This document shows, piece after piece, positions 56,098 to 64,000 of a DNA stretch of 64,000 nucleotides (position 1 is its first letter; the number at the start of each line of letters is the position of its first letter). The notes under the pieces were generated by a model, which saw only the letters and a program-made list of their open reading frames with translations, was not told the origin of the DNA and ran no database searches. The stretch covers positions 135,764 through 199,763 of IMG/VR virus record IMGVR_UViG_3300018890_000001; one strand, given 5' to 3'. The translations under genes were made by a program, and so were the position numbers. The stretch is from a virus.

Positions 56098-56589
56098 ATG
56101 CCACATAACGTAGTGTCAATTAGACCACTATCCACAATTCTTCAGCTTTATTTTCATTCACCCGGATATACGGGAACCTTTTGGACGACCGCAGAAGATC
56201 TTGAAGATGCTTACCGCATTTGTCGAAAGCATGGTCGTAAAATACTGTGGATCTCAGATGATCCTTGTGGTTTAAAAGGTGAAACATTGAGTGCACCTGA
56301 AGATCGCGGATTAACTTGGGAGCCCAATTTAACGCGAGAACAAGTCAAAGATATTTATGGCTCCTCACGCGCATTTTGTGATTTTTTATCAGGAAACGAG
56401 AACCCTGCGCGACCTAAAAATTTAGAGGAGCTAATGGAATTTGGCATAATGTTTGGCGGTTGGGTTATGCTTGCTCCGTCCATCAAAAAGAAGTTAGCTA
56501 ATAACGAGGAACTTCTTTTCACAAATCACGGTGGGTTCGCGGTGTTACTCGACCGCCAACTAGCTCAAGAGTACGTAGCTGGCTGGTAG
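56098..56589 (+). CDS. Hypothetical protein
   Basis: 163-aa ORF. Confidence 0.65.
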   Translation: MPHNVVSIRPLSTILQLYFHSPGYTGTFWTTAEDLEDAYRICRKHGRKILWISDDPCGLKGETLSAPEDRGLTWEPNLTREQVKDIYGSSRAFCDFLSGNENPARPKNLEELMEFGIMFGGWVMLAPSIKKKLANNEELLFTNHGGFAVLLDRQLAQEYVAGW

Positions 56590-56640
56590 TCGCAATCAAA
56601 AGTCCCGGTAGAATTGAATTGATTCTACTGGGACTTTTTC

Positions 56641-58689
56641 ATGCGTCGCCAACAACGCCTCACCGCTGCAAATCACAAAAGTATCGCCAAAAGTAGAGAT
56701 CCGGCAGGGTTAATCGGTCGCCAGTCTTTTTCAGAACAAACGCAAGCGCAGAAACAAAATGCGATCGCCCGCTTCTGGTACGGTGACGGGCATCTCTACT
56801 GCCAAGAATGGATTGCTGAAAATTACAGAACTCACGCAGGATTACCGCTGCGCTGGGATGAACCTTTCTTTTCCGGGTTTGTATCTGCAATGGCAAACCC
56901 CTGGTTACTGCGGGTAACGGTGATCAAAGGTGCTCAGATGGGTTTTTCGGAAATGCTGATCGCCCTTGTTGCCTTTTGCTTAGTAGAACTTCGCAGTTCT
57001 ACGATTTACTGCGTAGACGAAAAACTCAAGTTAATGGACATTGTAGGTCCGCGAGTGCAGCCGGCGTTCGACAGTATTAAACCGATTCAACTACTGCGAC
57101 AGCTATCAATAAAAATGCGTGGTCGTAAAGATACTGACACAAAACAGCGCAACGTTGATGTGGGCGGGGTTCCGGTTTACTTTGCGTTTGCAGGCAAAGC
57201 CGGTAACGGCAGTCAAGGGCGACAAGTTTCAAGTTCACTTAGTTCGGTTCCAATTGAAGCCTATACGATCGCCGATGAAGTTGAAGCCTTCCCACCAGGG
57301 GCACTCAATATTCTATTAGAACGAACTTCAGCGTCAACGTTACCGACTTGTCCGCTTCGGTGCGGATCGACTCCCGGAGCAGAAGGGGGCGTCGTAGATG
57401 TTGAGGTTAAAACATCCAAGTATTTTTTTGACTGGTACGTGGTTTGTCCGCATTGCGAAGCTGGGCAGTTTTTATCACCCAAAGGCAATTTATTTAAACC
57501 ATTAGAAATTGAAGGGCGATCGGATCTTCAGTATTTTGATACTGTCGGCAATCCGCTCGATTGGTTTTGCACAGATTCGAGCAGTCTTGAAAAAAGAATT
57601 GGGACCGCGTATCTCGGGTGTCGGCACTGCGCCGGCGAACTATCCCAAGAGATGATTGCCCAAGGTTATTACCGCTGCCATCACACCGGGGAAATCCTGA
57701 GCGAATTTACCGACAGAACCCAACAAGCTAAAAAGCCAGTGCGCGACGGTGTTGCATTGCGACTACCAAGACTTGCGTCAAAACTGTTCAATCTGCAAGA
57801 GCGATTGGGACGGTTAACTCAAGCCCGCAATATCAGCGACAGAGCTGATTCGCTTCAGCAGGGTTTTGGTGAAGTTAGCTCTTTTGGTGCCGGTCGGATT
57901 GATAAATCACTGCTACTCGAATGTATCGGTAAACCGTTACCTGCAACTTGCACGGTTCCAGATTTAATTGTTGTTGGTGCTGACCAAGGTCTTGGACATC
58001 AAATATCGGTGGTGACTTACTGGTATTGGGGAGAAGGTAAAGACGAGCGCGAGAAATGGGAAACCGCGCACGTCGAAGTGAAGTGGTTCGGTTCCGTGTA
58101 TCGCATGGACGGGATCGAGGAGCTTGCCGCCACATGGAAAGCTGATTTTGTAGGGATCGACATGAATCCAGAAGCTTATTCTGCTGGGCAGTTCGCAACC
58201 AAATTCCGACCGGAGCGAGAAACTAAGGGGACACGGGCGATCGAACTCAGTCGCGGTCGAAATGTCGATCGCCCGCAAAATCATTTCGAGCAAACTGGCG
58301 TTGTTTTCATGTTTTATCAAACCGCGCTCAAAGGTGAGGAATTTAGGCATTCGACACGTAACGTGCAAGGTGAAGATTATCCAGCATTCGCGCTCGATCG
58401 CACGTTCGGACTGGATTCAGTTTTAGAACTGGTGCATTCCGGGCGACTGCATTTGCCGGGAGACTGGGTTTACGATCCTCGCGACAAAGAATCGTTTCTC
58501 TATCAGATGTTGACTTCGGAGCGCACAGCTAAAGCGCAATGGATCGAAGGTACAGAACCAGATCACGCATTTCACGCGCTTAACTTTGCCGCAATGACCG
58601 CCGTATGTTGGCCAGATCTATTGTTATCGAAGCCGACACCATTTGTATTTGGTGGCGTTGGAAAACCTAAGCCTATACCTTATTTTTAG
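56641..58689 (+). CDS. Terminase large subunit, lambda gpA-type
   Basis: KGAQMGFSE Walker A, IADEVE Walker B, GSTP, CPHC, GADQG and PDHAFHA. Confidence 0.9.
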   Translation: MRRQQRLTAANHKSIAKSRDPAGLIGRQSFSEQTQAQKQNAIARFWYGDGHLYCQEWIAENYRTHAGLPLRWDEPFFSGFVSAMANPWLLRVTVIKGAQMGFSEMLIALVAFCLVELRSSTIYCVDEKLKLMDIVGPRVQPAFDSIKPIQLLRQLSIKMRGRKDTDTKQRNVDVGGVPVYFAFAGKAGNGSQGRQVSSSLSSVPIEAYTIADEVEAFPPGALNILLERTSASTLPTCPLRCGSTPGAEGGVVDVEVKTSKYFFDWYVVCPHCEAGQFLSPKGNLFKPLEIEGRSDLQYFDTVGNPLDWFCTDSSSLEKRIGTAYLGCRHCAGELSQEMIAQGYYRCHHTGEILSEFTDRTQQAKKPVRDGVALRLPRLASKLFNLQERLGRLTQARNISDRADSLQQGFGEVSSFGAGRIDKSLLLECIGKPLPATCTVPDLIVVGADQGLGHQISVVTYWYWGEGKDEREKWETAHVEVKWFGSVYRMDGIEELAATWKADFVGIDMNPEAYSAGQFATKFRPERETKGTRAIELSRGRNVDRPQNHFEQTGVVFMFYQTALKGEEFRHSTRNVQGEDYPAFALDRTFGLDSVLELVHSGRLHLPGDWVYDPRDKESFLYQMLTSERTAKAQWIEGTEPDHAFHALNFAAMTAVCWPDLLLSKPTPFVFGGVGKPKPIPYF

Positions 58690-59483
58690 CTCGGTTTAAA
58701 CGATTGCTCGATCTCTCGGAGCTTTGATGCTCTAACCGTCTCAGACAGTTTTACATTTCTCTCCTCTATCAATCCGAGGATTTCTTTTCTGTGCTTAGCT
58801 CTTTGCTTTCGCACTTCCTCTTCGGGACTTCGCAATACACAGCCAATGCTAACTAATAAATATGCAATGCTTTTATTTGTGCGATCGAAATACTGAGCAA
58901 TCTCTGCTAAAGTATGTCCCTGCTCGTACAGAGATTTGTACTGCAAAGCCCTTGCCTTAACATCAGAGATCATTCGTGGACTTGGCTTACCCTGGGGTCG
59001 TGTTTCTACGTTGTTCTTTATTAGCGCGCTTAACACGGTCGAGACGGTCGTTTTTTCATGCACGGCAATTTCTGTGAGTGACAGCCCCCAATCTTGGTAA
59101 AGGGTACACCATTTATCTTTATCAGAACCCCGATAAGAACAGAGTCGCTCCAACGAAATAGTTATATCGATGCCAGAGGCAGTTAAGAATTTTTGAACGT
59201 TGCTAGGTGATACGCGCATTTTTTGGGAAATCTCAAAGATGGTATACCCATCATTAAATAGTAAAGCTGCGCGATTCACGTTCTCTTCAGTTACGACAAA
59301 CTTACTCAGTCTGTAACAGCCGCACGAAACAATTTTTCCTGATTTCAAATAATCTGCGCGCACTTCTGTCTCTTGACCGCAATCGCAGACATACAGCCAG
59401 GTGACGTTGTTACCTTTCTTCCCTGACTTGGTTTTTACAGTCAGTTGACCGTACCGATTACCGATGTCGATTCTTTCAGTCAT
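58686..59483 (-). CDS. Homing-endonuclease-type N-terminal Cys module plus tandem HTH repeats
   Basis: GNRYGQLTV..W..CDCG..SG..SCGC followed by three Y..G.(S/T)L.EIA repeats. Confidence 0.65.
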   Translation of the reverse strand: MTERIDIGNRYGQLTVKTKSGKKGNNVTWLYVCDCGQETEVRADYLKSGKIVSCGCYRLSKFVVTEENVNRAALLFNDGYTIFEISQKMRVSPSNVQKFLTASGIDITISLERLCSYRGSDKDKWCTLYQDWGLSLTEIAVHEKTTVSTVLSALIKNNVETRPQGKPSPRMISDVKARALQYKSLYEQGHTLAEIAQYFDRTNKSIAYLLVSIGCVLRSPEEEVRKQRAKHRKEILGLIEERNVKLSETVRASKLREIEQSFKPS

Positions 59484-59560
59484 ATGAACCTCTCAATAGT
59501 TGGTACAAAAGAAAGTGCGAACAAAGTTTTTGTCCGCACTCTAAGGGTGATCCTATTCAG

Positions 59561-60166
59561 TTAGTTGAGTTTCACGATGATTTCGTCAAGCAGCGATTTA
59601 AAAGCGAATTCGATCGCCCGTTGCTTGCTAGTCGCTTCAATGCACTCCAATATTTCACCAAAGTCGCTATCGTAACCAAACGAAATTACTTCGTCTACTC
59701 TTTTATACGCCCAATCAGGGATACTTCTGTCCGCTTCTAATGACTCATCCTCTGACGCGAGATAAGCTTTCGCAATATCGGAGAAGCCGATATTGAAACC
59801 GCGCCACGTATCAGCACTTGTCCAGTCGTCAACTTCTGAAGAAAAATCGTAGTTGTCGGGAAACAAAGTTTCGATAGGCACTATCCTCCAAGAAATTGAT
59901 TCTGCCCAAGGATTCCACGCAGTGTTTTCTTTACGGTATAGCGAACCGTCTACAACATCCGCATAGTACGAATATCTCAAATTAGCTGGAGGACTTGTTT
60001 CTACAGCAGCGCTAGCTACTTCCCAGCGAAAAGCTTCTTTTTGGGAAACACGGAGATGTATTTTTCCGCGTTCCATGTCGGAACGCAGTAATTAAATTGT
60101 TGCTTCCGCATTGCGTTTTAATTCGCGAATGCGGGAAAGTTCAGATCGTAATGCTGTGTTATTCAT
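59561..60166 (-). pseudogene. Acidic hypothetical protein with in-frame TAA
   Basis: ATG 60166 is in frame with the 59561-60076 ORF; TAA at 60092-60094. Confidence 0.55.
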
Positions 60167-60332
60167 GTGTTTGAATGCCCGTTGTTGGCGGCGACCCAAA
60201 TTTAGTACACCAATATATTTACACATTTGCTTTAATACGTCAAGATAATTCGTATATAACATTTATTTATTAAAACAATAAAGCGCTGAATGTTTATTTT
60301 TAAACGTTCAGCGCTTTATTGCTTTAATTCAT

Positions 60333-60812
60333 TTACGTTAGCAGACAATGCCAATAATGGGTATCTGTCTCGGTTTGCTTCCAGTACCCATTGCTTGCGG
60401 CAAGGATTTTACCTGTCTCGACGACTTGTACGGAAGCTCCATACAGTTCGTGATATTTGTATGCAAATTCCTCTTGCGCATAAGCAATTGCTTTTTCTAC
60501 AGAAACAAATTCACCACAGTCAAAAATTCCGTGGTCATTACCTATGTCGGCTCCGACAATAAGTTTGTACGTTACAACTTTAAAAAAGCCACATTCCGGT
60601 TTACCGTCAGGAAGAATTCCGGGCGATCGAATCGCCATTTCATTCATAACTGCATACCAAATATTGCGTTCCATGTCAGCGAACATAGGTGTCCCCCATG
60701 TGTAGTAACCGTCACTCCCAAGCTGCTCAGTGCAGTAATGGTTCACATCAACAGCATTCTTGCTTGCATTTACACGAGCGAATACGCAAGATTTACAACC
60801 ATGAAATTGCAT
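60333..60812 (-). CDS. Hypothetical protein
   Basis: 159 aa with N-terminal CKSC; TTGCAT..TATTAT promoter upstream. Confidence 0.65.
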   Translation of the reverse strand: MQFHGCKSCVFARVNASKNAVDVNHYCTEQLGSDGYYTWGTPMFADMERNIWYAVMNEMAIRSPGILPDGKPECGFFKVVTYKLIVGADIGNDHGIFDCGEFVSVEKAIAYAQEEFAYKYHELYGASVQVVETGKILAASNGYWKQTETDTHYWHCLLT

Positions 60813-60934
60813 AATAGATACTTTTTTTAAATATATTTATTATAATACACTTAATCCAACTAATGCAATAGTCGCATACGGTATTAAATAAAAACAAAGT
60901 CCCCAGCAATTAGTTTTAGTAAATGTTGGGGACT

Positions 60935-61377
60935 TTGTTTGACGATTCTCACTGCCTTGTCAGTGAAGGTGGTCAACCTGAAGCCTGAAAATATCAACGC
61001 GCATTGCCCGGAGGGATCGACTTCTATCCCTGAATCCTGCCGATTTTTAGTAAATGCCGTGCAGTCCCCTACGATTCATGGGTTGCTTTCGCAACTTTCT
61101 TCGGATCTCATGGTTGATAACACTTATCCCGGCTTCGCTATACCATTTCTGGTTGATGGTTGTCACACGCTTGCTTTCTCTGATTCGGTCAGATATCCTA
61201 GTCCAATTACTTGACCACAACAACTTGATACTTGTTGTGCGCTCCTCTACCATTTCTACTGCCTGCCCGTTCTTTCAATCAATGGGACACCCGCCAAAAT
61301 CACAGACGGTTCTTAATGCAGTAGTAAGCTCTTCGGCAATTAGCTAGTAATAGCTAATACAAAAAACTTGTTTTACT
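60935..61377 (-). ncRNA. Putative large structured ncRNA (~440 nt)
   Basis: TTGACA-17-GATACT promoter (61412-61384), dense hairpins including GTTGC-GAAA-GCAAC, terminator at ~60894-60936, no convincing ORF. Confidence 0.6.
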
Positions 61378-61470
61378 ATTAATAGTATCCCATAAAATAA
61401 TATAAATGTCAACTATAGTGTACGTTTTATTAGATAATAGAGCCAGTGTATCTCTAATAGGAGTTAATTA

Positions 61471-61614
61471 TGTCTACAGCAAATTCCAATGTGCGTTGGA
61501 TCGAAATGTACGATCAAAGCGGTCAAATTATAGCACGACCGGATACAACGATGCCACCACAGCCTGCGGAATCAAATCCAACACCGTCTAGCACGACTGA
61601 TAAAGCTAAGTAGG
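61471..61614 (+). CDS. Small 47-aa protein (coordinates approximate)
   Basis: AGGAG Shine-Dalgarno, MSTANSNVRWIEMYDQSG.., followed by a terminator. Confidence 0.5.
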
Positions 61615-61667
61615 TATTTAACTGCAATTCAAAAGCCCTGCACTTAATCAAGATGCAGGGCTTTTTT

Positions 61668-61947
61668 ACTGTCTTGTCAACCAGTTCGGAGGAGATTCCT
61701 TGAGGAATACACGAGATCGATTGGTGACGATGGTTTAGGAGTGCGTATTATAGTACAGCAAAACACCGGACAATATTATGAATAAACGTTTAGATTTTCG
61801 GATTCAGGAATCGGAATTTAAGATTCTTGAAGAACATTGCCAAGCTGTAGGTAGGACTAAAACTGATGTACTCAGAGAGCTAATCAGAAGCCTCAAGGTT
61901 GAGGAAAAGCCGTCCTAGAAGGACGGGGCTTCAGACCCAATTTTTTG
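61668..61947 (-). mobile_element. Non-autonomous IS200/IS605 derivative
   Basis: Minus strand reads TCAC|CAAAAAATTGGGTCTGAAGCCCCGTCC (guide GAAG matches TCAC); the right-end-like GAATCTCC hairpin is incomplete. Confidence 0.65.
61778..61918 (+). CDS. RHH/CopG protein carried by the IS605 derivative
   Basis: MNKRLDFRIQESEFKILEEHCQAVGRTKTDVLRELIRSL. Confidence 0.75.
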   Translation: MNKRLDFRIQESEFKILEEHCQAVGRTKTDVLRELIRSLKVEEKPS

Positions 61948-62040
61948 GTGATGGGTGGGCGACGAATCGTCAAGCATCTTCGGAAATAAATCGAGTAACA
62001 AGGTATAATATATTAAGTTGCTCTCAGGTACGATCGTTGA

Positions 62041-62155
62041 TATAGCAGTTCTCAACTTTCGTGAGGTACTTGTAAGTTAATTACCAATTCCCCACTTCTT
62101 CAATCCTTTAATCTAAAATCTAAATTTGTACCTCACTCACTTGAGAATTGCTATA
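62041..62155. repeat. Host MITE/REP-like inverted-repeat element
   Basis: TATAGCAGTTCTCAA..GTGAGGTAC pairs with GTACCTCAC..TTGAGAATTGCTATA. Confidence 0.7.
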
Positions 62156-62250
62156 CACATCTAGACAGCCCTTTGAGGAAACATACTTGACATCTCTCCA
62201 GCCCTTTCATAGACGGGGAAATGTCGCCTTCAATCCTTTGGCAAAATTGA

Positions 62251-62280
62251 GAATGGGAAATGGGAAATGGGGAATTGGGA
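62251..62280 (+). repeat. STRR-type heptamer tandem repeat
   Basis: About four (AATGGGA)-like units, typical of filamentous cyanobacteria. Confidence 0.75.
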
Positions 62281-62336
62281 AAATTTTCTCCCCATCTCCT
62301 TAATCCCCAGTTTAGGATATTACTTTCTTTTCTCAA

Positions 62337-63914
62337 TTAAACTAAGGATTTGAGATTTAAAGCCGCTTTGTTAAGTGTTTGAGTGCCAACTCGACTTTGG
62401 GTAATACCGCTGGCTGTTTCCGCTGCTCCTTTATTCAGAACATTCATCGCATCTACCACTTGCTCAATAGCGATCGCCTGCTGTTTGGTATTCAGATAAA
62501 TTTGCTGACTGCTCATAACAACACTGTTAATTGCATTAGCAACATTGTTAAAAGTCTCCGCCGTACCTTCAGTCAATTTCAGGCTATTATCTAAAGTTTT
62601 ATTACCCTCATCTGTTACCATCACTGTCTTATTAATGGCATTCTTAATATCGTTTATCAAATCATTAATCTGAGCCGACGATTTCTTGCTTTCATCTGCG
62701 AGTCGGCGAATTTCCCTCGCCACCACCCCAAACCCCTTTCCTTGTTCTCCGCTGCGTACTGCTTCCACTGTGGCGTTAATTGCCAGCATATTAGTTTGAT
62801 TAGCCAAATCGCTGACTAAATTGGTAATATTAGCAATCTGATTGGTTTGCTGGCTCAAATGTAAAACTTGCTCGGCGATCGCTCCGACTTTTTCCGTCAA
62901 AGTCAACATTCCCTGCTGGGTTGTCTGCACTACTTTACTGCCTTCTGCTGCCATGTTTAAGACATGACTGGCATTCTCAAGGGCTGACTCGGCTTGCATA
63001 GCTGATTGCCTCGATGATGCGCCCAATTCATCCATTGTGCTAGTTGTTTGATTAACAGAAGCAGCTTGTTGTACAGCAATACGTTCCTGTTGCTCAATTG
63101 TAGCAGCGATCTCGGTAGAAGAACTGACAATCATATTAATAATACCTTTCAGTGCTTTATCTAAAGGTTTGGCGATAGCTATACTTAAAGCTATTCCTAA
63201 ACTAATCGCTGTTAGCGGTCCAATAGTCATCCCCAGTAATACAAATAGTTGACTTTTTGTACTATCATTTTGTGCTTTTTTATAAGCGTAATCAGCTTGC
63301 TTTCTGTTGGATTCAACCACTGCTAAAGTTGAGTTTTCTGCATTTATAAACTTAACACGAATTAATCTAGCTTGCTGCCTAAGTTTATCCAAAAGGTTAC
63401 TAGCTGTCTTGGCTATTGCCATTTCGGGCGACTTACTTTTACCCTGATTAACTAGGTTTAGCTGCAAACCCAAAGGATTCAAAATTCCCAAATTTTCAAA
63501 TTCTTGATTAATTCGCAGGAGTTCTTTATCTTCCTGCTTCCACTCCTCCCAATACTTAAGCATTTGTTTATATAGTGCATCTTCCTCTGCGGTACGTGGA
63601 GTGGCTTCGTATGCTTTAAAGCCATCTTTAATCTGCTGCCAAGCCTTGTCCATTCTGTTTAAGGCATCTTGCCTTTCGGCTGGACTGAGTGCCGGATTAA
63701 TTAGCGCTCTCTCTGATGACTCAATTTGGGTTTGTCCCTCGTTAATTTTCAATAAAGCTTCAATACTCGGTAAGTTATTTTTACCTATAGTATCTATGTG
63801 TTGACTGAGATTAGATGTTGAACTCCATCCTACCCAAGCTACTAAAAATACTAAAAGTCCCATCATCAGAAAGGCGCCGATCAGTCTGGTTTGTAAATTC
63901 AGGTTTCTCAACAT
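62337..63914 (-). CDS. Methyl-accepting chemotaxis protein (host)
   Basis: Two TM helices, four-helix-bundle sensor and QTNMLAINATVEAVRSGEQGKGFGVVAREIRRLA signalling motif. The start may be 63965. Confidence 0.95.
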   Translation of the reverse strand: MLRNLNLQTRLIGAFLMMGLLVFLVAWVGWSSTSNLSQHIDTIGKNNLPSIEALLKINEGQTQIESSERALINPALSPAERQDALNRMDKAWQQIKDGFKAYEATPRTAEEDALYKQMLKYWEEWKQEDKELLRINQEFENLGILNPLGLQLNLVNQGKSKSPEMAIAKTASNLLDKLRQQARLIRVKFINAENSTLAVVESNRKQADYAYKKAQNDSTKSQLFVLLGMTIGPLTAISLGIALSIAIAKPLDKALKGIINMIVSSSTEIAATIEQQERIAVQQAASVNQTTSTMDELGASSRQSAMQAESALENASHVLNMAAEGSKVVQTTQQGMLTLTEKVGAIAEQVLHLSQQTNQIANITNLVSDLANQTNMLAINATVEAVRSGEQGKGFGVVAREIRRLADESKKSSAQINDLINDIKNAINKTVMVTDEGNKTLDNSLKLTEGTAETFNNVANAINSVVMSSQQIYLNTKQQAIAIEQVVDAMNVLNKGAAETASGITQSRVGTQTLNKAALNLKSLV

Positions 63915-64000
63915 AATATTTTTCCTTCCTTCTACTACAGCGCTCCTCGCTGGAGTCATGAACACATATTGTATAGTATAGCCTTGCTCAGGTAGATGAG

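Larger units (their letters stand above)
1..61667. mobile_element. Large prophage (right part), cyanobacterial host
   Basis: Contains terminase, protease/scaffold, capsid and tape measure genes plus phage-style small gene cassettes. Sequence style changes to host-like after ~61.7-62.0 kb. The left end lies outside the window. Confidence 0.85.

Noticed and set aside
16306-60094. TAA stop-codon reassignment
   Set aside because: Many intact genes end in TAA, frameshifts occur too and no suppressor tRNA is evident.
61047-61253. 68-aa ORF and overlapping plus-strand ORFs at 60939-61347
   Set aside because: Poorly placed relative to the promoter and not protein-like; the region is better explained as structured RNA.
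62187-62228. Additional IS605 right end on the minus strand (GGAGAGATGTCAA)
   Set aside because: Short and degenerate with no associated left end or gene; too weak to annotate.
1-64000. CRISPR array, retron or diversity-generating retroelement
   Set aside because: No regularly spaced repeat-spacer array, no reverse transcriptase and no TR/VR pair seen.

Overview
Positions ~1-61,670 look like the right-hand part of a large, probably tailed, prophage in a filamentous cyanobacterial genome. The HIP1-core CGATCG is very frequent. The flank at ~62-64 kb looks like host chromosome: STRR repeats, a MITE and a methyl-accepting chemotaxis gene. Phage genes include a lambda-gpA-type terminase, prohead protease/scaffold, major capsid protein, head-completion proteins, a ~4,840-aa tape measure protein, three beta-clamp-like genes, thymidylate synthase, a DGQHR protein, KilA-N/antirepressor-like genes and many small genes. 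The small genes are built as promoter-gene-long-hairpin cassettes that share a -10/GTAGT leader motif. One intact tnpB-only IS200/IS605 element and two non-autonomous derivatives are present. I saw no integrase, portal or tail sheath in this window. The strongest novelty candidates are: (1) a set of apparently structured non-coding RNAs, namely a ~440-nt RNA with its own promoter and terminator, a ~190-nt RNA with a tRNA-like T-arm end, and a 77-nt k-junction-like RNA in two covarying copies; (2) three tandem capsid-operon proteins with a conserved N-terminal tag and variable membrane-type C-termini; (3) two divergent clamp-like genes driven from a perfectly symmetric promoter. All family assignments come from recognising motifs by eye; no searches were run.
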